A stretch of 64,000 nt of DNA. Origin: the human T2T-CHM13v2.0 reference genome, Homo sapiens. A program made the position numbers and the translations under genes. Where the stretch lies: assembly GCF_009914755.1 (NCBI RefSeq), contig NC_060925.1. The stretch is one strand, 5' to 3'. Each line of letters begins with the position of its first letter. Position 1 is the first letter of the stretch. Of this stretch, positions 57,701 to 64,000 are shown piece by piece. Below the pieces are notes generated by a model. That model saw nothing but the letters and a program-made list of their open reading frames with translations, searched no databases and was not told where the DNA came from.

Positions 57701-60700
57701 AGGCATGAGGGCACATGGGGCAGCGTGAAGGCATGAGGGCACACGCTGGCGTGAAGGCATGAGGGCACACAGGGCAGTGCGAAGGCACGAGGGCACATGC
57801 TGGTGCAAAGGCATGAGGGCACAAGCTGGTGTGAAGGCATGAGGGCACACGCTGGTGTGAAGGCATGAGAGCACACAGGGCAGTGCGAGGCATGAGAGCA
57901 CGCAGGGCAGTGCGGCTCACTGCAGAGGGCTGCAAACCCTTGCCCCCGGTGGCTGAGCTGAGCTCCAAAGGAGTGAGTTCAAGCAGCAGGGCAGGGGGTG
58001 GGTGGTGGGTGGGGGAGCTCTGTGCAGGGGCTGAGGAGGAGGGACAAAGAGCGCCAAGGAGGACAGGGAGGTGGGGAGGACTAGGGGACATCTGCAGCCT
58101 CCCCAGAAACAGGCCCCGGGTTCCCTGCAGGAGAGGGCGGCAGAGGCGGCAGCTGTGTAGAGGAGGGGTAGAGGGGGCCACCTGTGTCCCCACGGGCTCT
58201 CCGACCCACGGGTCACTTTTGACAGCTGGCCTGAGTCCTGCCTGGTGGAAACCCCTCCTGGGAGGCTGGAGCCAGCACCAGGGCCCACGTGTGCTTCACC
58301 TTGAAGCCTGAGGACACAGACTCTCCGGCAATCACATAGCCCATGTTGAGGACGCTGCCTTCAATGGAGCACGTGATCATGGACGCCACGCCAGTGCCCA
58401 TGAGGGTGAGGGTGAGCGTGCCTCTCTTGGTGATGATGTCCAGTGTTTCTTGAGCCTAAAGAGACCACATCGCTCAGCCAGGAACCGATGTCTGCTGGAG
58501 CCACGAGGGGAGCTCTGCCTCAGGGGCAGTGGGTTCTCAACGCTGGAGTTGAGACAGCTCTGGGGGGGCTCTGTCAGCTCCGCTCACTTGGCGGCTGGTG
58601 TGAGGGCCTGGGGGCCAGGCTGCTCGCAGACCCAGGCTTAGTCCCAGGCCTGAGCACAGGTGATGCCCGCCCCGGCCAGTGCCTTTGTTCTGCAGTGTGG
58701 GGAGCCTTGGGCCGCAGTGTGGCCAGGGTGGGCCTGGGACTCACCAGGATGCTCTCGTGGGGAGAGAAGGAAAGCACCAGGACCTGGGTCCCACCTGCAC
58801 GCAGCAGGCTGGAGTGGTTCAGCAGGACAAAGGGGCCGTTGGGGTTCAGCAGGGAGAAGTCCAGCTGAGGGTCCACGTCAAGGAGGGGATACAGGTGTCT
58901 GCAGGCTCTACCACGCCCTCCCCGGTCCCCGCTCCCACCCCGCAGGCCGCCTGAGCTGGGTGGACAAGGACACGGCCAGATCCTCGGGAGAGACGTTCTG
59001 GATGGAGATCTTCTTGATACTGCGGTGCCCTGAAATGGGGCAGGGAGCGTCAGGCCCCAGCCCCAGGCCCCAGGGAGCGTCTCTGCCAGGGGTGGGCCGT
59101 GGGGCTGGGGGAGGCGTGGGTGTGCCTGGGCACCGGGGTGGAGGTGTGGGCGGGGCTTAGCGTCTCACCCACAGCGACGTCGCCGAAGTTAAAGATGGTC
59201 TTGCCTTTATGGGACGTCACCACAACAGATGGTGCCACCGTCGGGCACCACAGCTCCAGGTACAGGGTGTTGTGGGGGCTGGGATAGGAAGGGCATGCTG
59301 AGGGCAGGGTGGGCGGCCCCCTGCCCGCCCAGGCCCCAGAGTTGGGCAGTAGCAGAGGGACAGCGCGTTTGCGGCTGACCACACCCCGTTCTGGCCAGAG
59401 CACCCCGCACCTGAAGCTCAGGGGTTCTGACCCCTTCCTGTCTTTGATGTCGCCACTGGCAACAACACAGGGAACTACAAATGTGTCAAACTTCGCCTGG
59501 AACGCTCTGAGCAGGGTGGCTCGGGCGGCCTGGTACTCGTCGGAACTAGAAGGAAGTCAGAGGCTTGCGCTCCCGCCTTGCCCCCACCCACCATCGGCCC
59601 AGGCCGGACCCCTGCGGCTCTGCCTCAGGGTCCCAGGGTCCCAGGGTCCCAAGCTGTGGCTGTCCCAGTTGTGTCTGACAAACTGGCTTTTCCACCCTTC
59701 TCTGGCTCCTGTGGGGGTCTCATCACTCACTTCAGGTCCTCGTCAGCTGGTGGCTGGAGGCTAGGGGTTGGGGCAGGTGCCTTTGGCCCCTGGCTAGAGA
59801 GCCATGTTCCTTCCCGGGGCCACAGGCACCCATTAGAGCTTTCCCAGGGCTCATTCTGCACCCGGGGGGCTGGGTGGGGGGTGGTGGCTTTGCTCCCCAC
59901 CCGTGGATTGAGGCTGTGTGCAGGGGTGTCAGGCCTGGGGAAATGGGGTGGGTAGGTCCCAGGAAGGCAGCACCTGGATCCAGCTGTGTCTGAAGGCATC
60001 AGTCCTTCCAGCCACATGGGTCATTCCGGGCAATCTGTAGGGAGGGGACTCTACAGGGGCCACAGTGGGTCCCACCAGAGGGGCCTGGAGGGAAGCAGGT
60101 GGGGCAGCCCCTCCTGGACCCACCTGGGCCTCAGCTCCCGCTTCCGCATCTCCAGGACGTGGGGGACAGAGACTTTGAACAGCTTGTCGCGGTTCTGTGC
60201 TCGAAGAACGGAGAATGACAGTCCATGCAGGTCCTTCCTCTGGGGGGCCATATTCTTTCGGAACTGTGGGGGGAGCGACTGGCTGTGGGGCTGTGCAGGG
60301 CCCTAAACACAGCCAGCTGTGCCCCGTGGCTCCTCTGCGGCCAGTGCGGGAACCGCGGGAGCCGCAGTTGGGACTGAATGTGGGGACGCAAAAGCCGACC
60401 GGCGCCCGAGGAAGACAGTAGCCAGTGCGGAGGGGCACACAGACCCCCACAGAGCTGCTCACAGACTGTGGCGTCTGCTTCACCAGAGGATAAACCGAGG
60501 CACGGAGTGAGGAGGCGGCCAGAACCGGGGTCCCCACCCTGGTGCCTTCCCCTATCTTCACCGCGGAAGGCCGAAGGCAAGTGCTTCCCCTCGAGTGCAC
60601 GCCCAGGAGGAACCCAGGCCGGGAAAGGCAAACCCTTGGGAGGAAGCCAGGCCGGGAAGGGCAAACCCTTGGGAGGAAGCCAGGCCGGGAAGGGCAAACC

Positions 60701-63700
60701 CTTGGGAGGAAGCCAGGCCGGGAAGGGCAAACCCTTGGGAGGAAGCCAGGCCGGGAAGGGCAAACCCGTGGGAGGAAGCCAGGCCGGGAAGGGCAAACCC
60801 TTGGGAGGAAGCCAGGCCGGGAAGGGCAAACCCTTGGGAGGAAGCCAGGCCGGGAAGGGCAAACCCGTGGGAGGAAGCCAGGCTGGGAAGGGTGCATCTG
60901 GAGTGTGGCAGGAGCCTCGAGGCCACCTCCAGGGCCGGCACTTGTGGGGCAGATTCTGCAGGACACTCCGTGTTTCAGGTGCGCCTCCCGGGGCCTCCAG
61001 GTTGTTGGAGGGGCCCTTCATTGCATCCGCTGCACCCCTGGGTCACAGCCCCTACTGCCCCCACCTCCAGAGCCCACCCTTCCCTGCTCCCGCCTGGCAG
61101 TGCCTTCCAGAGAGAAGGGAGGGTCTTGGTGAGCAAGCTTTTTAACCTCAGATACAGCTCGACATGTGCATTGCTTGGGAAAGGTCTACCCTGTGCTCCC
61201 GGCACGTGGCCGGAGCCCCCCAGGACTCGAAGGCGGTGGAGTTTGTTCCTGCAACAGGCCCTTCCCCGACCTACGCCCCTCCTTCCCGGGCCCCACGCAC
61301 AGATTTGGTCTCCATTTCTTTGTTCAGGAGTGGGAGGGCTTCCTGGCGGATCAGCTTCTCGGGCAGCACTGGCCGGAAGGCCACCTGGACCAGGCACCTC
61401 TGAGGAGAGACCAGCGTGGGCACAGGGGTTGCCACTTCCCTCCACCTCCCCGGAGCCCCTGCGGGCACTCTACCGTCCTCTGCCCGTGGACTCCCCTCAA
61501 GGTCACCTCCCCCTTGAGATTTCAGGCTGCGTGCCCCTTCAGGAAGCCCCTCCCTGACCTCTGTCCCCCAGGAGGCTGGGCGGGCTGCAGGCGGGAGCAC
61601 CAAACCCTCTGGCCATGCAGGGGGCAGTCCTGTGATTGGAGGTGCTGAGAATAGAGTCCTGGACAGGCCGGGACTGGGTCCCCTGTCCTCGGGGCAGCAG
61701 TGACAGCTGAGCCTGCCCTTGCCTTGAGTTTGACGGGCGAGTCCCACACCCTAACCTGGTCCCTGCACACACCAGCCTTTCCAAGGAGCCTCCATCTTGG
61801 AAATGGCTTCCCACAGAAGGGTCCCTCCATGACAGAGCCCACAGGCAGTGTGCAGTATGGGGTTGGGGGTGACATGGTGCGGGAGGGGGAGAGGGTGGGG
61901 GGAGGGGACAGGTCTGGGGAGGCAGGAGAGAGGGTGAGGGGAGGCAGGGGAGATGGTGAGGGGAGGGAGGGAGGGGAGAGGGTGGGGGAGGGAGGGGAGA
62001 GGGTAGGGGAGGGAGGAAGAGGAGGGGAGAGGGTAGGGAGGGAGAGGAGGGGAGAAGGGAGGGGACGCAGGGAGGGGAGAGGAAAGAGGAGGGAGGGGAG
62101 AGGGGAGGGAGGGGAGCGGGTAGGGGAGGGAAGGAGGGGAAATGGTATGGGAGGGAGGGAGGGGAGAGGGTAGGGGAGAGAGGGAGCAGAGGGGAAAGGG
62201 TAGGGGAGGGAAGGAAGGGAGAGGGTAGGGGAGGTAGGGAGGGAGGGGAGAGGGTAGGGGAGGGGAGAGGGTAGGGGAGGGAAGGAGGGGAGACGGTAGA
62301 GGAGGGAGGAGGGGAGAGGGTAGGGGAGGGAGGAAGAGGAGGGGAGAGGGTAGGGAGGGAGGGAGAGGAGAGGGGAGGGAGGGGAGGAGGGGAGAGGGTA
62401 GGGAGGGAGGGGAGGAGGGGAGAGGGTAGGGAGGGAGGGAGAGGAGAGGGGAGGGAGGGAGGGGAGGAGGGGAGAGGGTAGGGAGGGAGGGAGAGGAGAG
62501 GGGAGGGAGGGAGGGGAGGAGGGGAGAGGGTAGGGAGGGAGGGAGAGGAGGGGAGAGGGTAGGGGAGGGAAGGAGGAGAGAGGGTAGAGGAGGGAGGAGG
62601 GGAGAGGGGAGGGGAGGGAGGAAGAGGAGGGGAGAGGGTAGGGAGGGAGAGGAGAGGGGAGGGAGGGGAGGAGGGGAGAGGGTAGGGAGGGAGGGAGAGG
62701 AGGAGGGAGGGAGGGGAGGAGGGGAGAGGGTAGGGAGGGAGGGAGAGGAGAGGGGAGGGAGGGAGGGGAGGAGGGGAGAGGGTAGGGAGGGAGGGAGAGA
62801 GGAGGGAGGGAGGGCAGGAGGGGAGAGGGTAGGGAGGGAGGGCAGGAGGGGAGAGGGTAGGGAGGGAGGGGAGGAAGGGAGAGGGTAGGGAGGGGAGGAG
62901 GGGAGAGGGTAGGGAGGGAGAGGAGGGGAGAGGGTAGGGGAGGGAGGGAGTGAGGGTAGGGAGGGAGCGAGGGGAGAGGGTAGGGGAGGGAGAGGAGAGC
63001 TGCATCTGCAGTAATGTGTGTGGGGGTGAGAACCATCACCGAGTGGCTTTCGCTAAGTTGAATGAAATCCATTTTGAATCACTGCATTCATTGAAATCCC
63101 ATGTGAGCCAACTGTCCCTTACATGCCCTTCCTCACTTAGGCCTTCGGCAGCCCTCAGGGTCACCCGAAGGCCCTGCCAGGCCCAGAGCTTTCTGCTCTG
63201 CAGGAAAGGTAGAGTGCTGGGTGGGAGTGGCCGACACCTTGTCCTCCCAGTCGGCCTGCGAGGTCCACAGGTGCAAGGGACTACACAGCCTTCCCCAGTC
63301 TCAACCTGGGAGCCCTGGATGGGTTCCGGCCAGGCCAGCAGCCTGGGGAGCTCCTGCCTCTCGGGGTCAGGCTGGACCAAGGGCACTGTGACCCCCCCCG
63401 ATGGGGGTGGCCTTGGGCCCCCATGCACATTGGCCATGGATCCTTCCTTGGCCCTGCTCGGGTCTGAGGGTCAGGTTCACTCCCGCCCCTGTTCTCCGGG
63501 TTGAAACCCTGTGGTTAAGGGTGGGCAGAGCCAGACACCCCAGGGGTAAATGCAGGTGGCGTGGAGCTCCTGCTTCCCAGCCTGCATGTGGGGCCCACAC
63601 CCACCTTTCCTGGCCACACGGTCCCCACTGAGGGCGAGATGGTGATAGGCGAGTCTGGGGGCAGCAGGAACTCGAAAGACGTGGGCCTCATGGGAGAGGC

Positions 63701-63881
63701 GTCCTCTGAGCCAATGCGGGGCTTGGAGTGGGTCGGTGAGCTCATGCTCAGGTGAGAGTTGATGACGTACACTGTAGCCACGGAGGTGTCGTATAGGGCC
63801 GTGGCGGCAAACTTGATCTGGTAGTGGGACAGCTCCAGGGGTGGGTGGACGCCTACAGCCCGGCAAGACAGCTTGAAGCAC
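54704..63881 (-). CDS. CFAP74: Cilia- and flagella-associated protein 74, last 14 coding exons (about 635 C-terminal aa); the gene continues beyond the window end
   Basis: Exons 63881-63605, 61399-61301, 60263-60124, 59545-59411, 59278-59169, 59029-58974, 58864-58745, 58455-58300, 57037-56908, 56346-56192, 55916-55784, 55562-55402, 55140-55006, 54805-54704. Phases are consistent (1909 nt = 1 + 636 codons). The protein ends ...GDVKETYKVIFVAQVLTGP* and has beta-rich ASH/Ig-like segments (e.g. FSVAPVKGVMDPGKTQDFTVTFSP). Confidence 0.92.
56515..56907. repeat. C-rich degenerate minisatellite (about 18-19 bp, CCCCCAGCTCACCGCCCA) in a CFAP74 intron
   Basis: Repeated ctcacc cores separated by C runs. 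Confidence 0.85.
57485..57913. repeat. 26-bp VNTR (GCGAAGGCATGAGGGCACACGCTGGT), about 16 copies
   Basis: Direct tandem array in a CFAP74 intron. Confidence 0.95.
58865..58973 (-). other. U12-type (minor spliceosome) GT-AG intron of CFAP74
   Basis: Donor GTGTCCTT; branch site TCCTTGAC with its A at -14; no polypyrimidine tract; flanking exons join in frame (EDLA|LDFS). Confidence 0.75.
60605..60892. repeat. 33-bp VNTR (GGAGGAAGCCAGGCCGGGAAGGGCAAACCCTTG), about 8.7 copies
   Basis: Near-perfect tandem array in a CFAP74 intron. Confidence 0.95.
61881..62998. repeat. About 1.1-kb GA-rich polypurine/polypyrimidine repeat (recurring GGAGGGGAGAGGGTAGGGAGGG)
   Basis: Almost exclusively G/A on the plus strand. 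Confidence 0.95.
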
Positions 63882-64000
63882 CTGCAAGCAGCAGCATGGG
63901 AGGCCCTCAGCCGTGCAGGGCGTCCGTGTCCCTCTGCGGCAGGCGCGGGGGCCACTGGGTGGAGGACAAGCCCCGGGGGGGGCTCACAGGGACATGCACG

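Noticed and set aside
57485-57913. CRISPR-like appearance of regularly spaced repeats
   Set aside because: The units are contiguous with no unique spacers, there are no cas genes, and the context is eukaryotic intron; it is a VNTR
59929-61557. Repeat-protein-like ORFs (GGSQAGKGKPL, RPGRANPWEEA, etc.)
   Set aside because: They arise from the 33-bp VNTR, with no splice or promoter support; the real exons lie outside the array
61522-63072. 516-aa and 488-aa Pro/Ser/Leu ORFs
   Set aside because: Translations of the polypyrimidine repeat inside a CFAP74 intron

Overview
Human (primate) genomic DNA, recognisable as chromosome 1p36.33. Gene identities come from my recall of the mRNA and protein sequences, not from a search. 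Bases 1-23.5 kb hold the Alu-dense first intron, non-coding exon 1 and CpG-island promoter of GNB1 (minus strand). Bases 24-47 kb are intergenic, with Alu clusters, a CA/TG-rich repeat and an orphan CpG island at about 41 kb. Then come CALML6 (plus strand, 6 coding exons, 181 aa), TMEM52 (minus strand, 5 exons, 206 aa in this haplotype) and the last 14 coding exons of CFAP74 (minus strand), whose introns carry several VNTRs. I assembled all three exon chains by hand with GT-AG boundaries, and each closes in frame. I found no wholly new biological system. The best leads are: (1) a U12-type (minor spliceosome) intron in CFAP74 with an atypical GTGTCCTT donor; (2) a candidate muscle-type promoter inside CALML6 intron 1 that would give a 156-aa calglandulin-sized protein; (3) a tailless 28S rRNA retrocopy with a perfect 16-bp target-site duplication; (4) an orphan promoter-like CpG island. 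Most ORFs in the supplied track are Alu, GC-rich or repeat artefacts. Repeat boundaries and subfamily calls are approximate.
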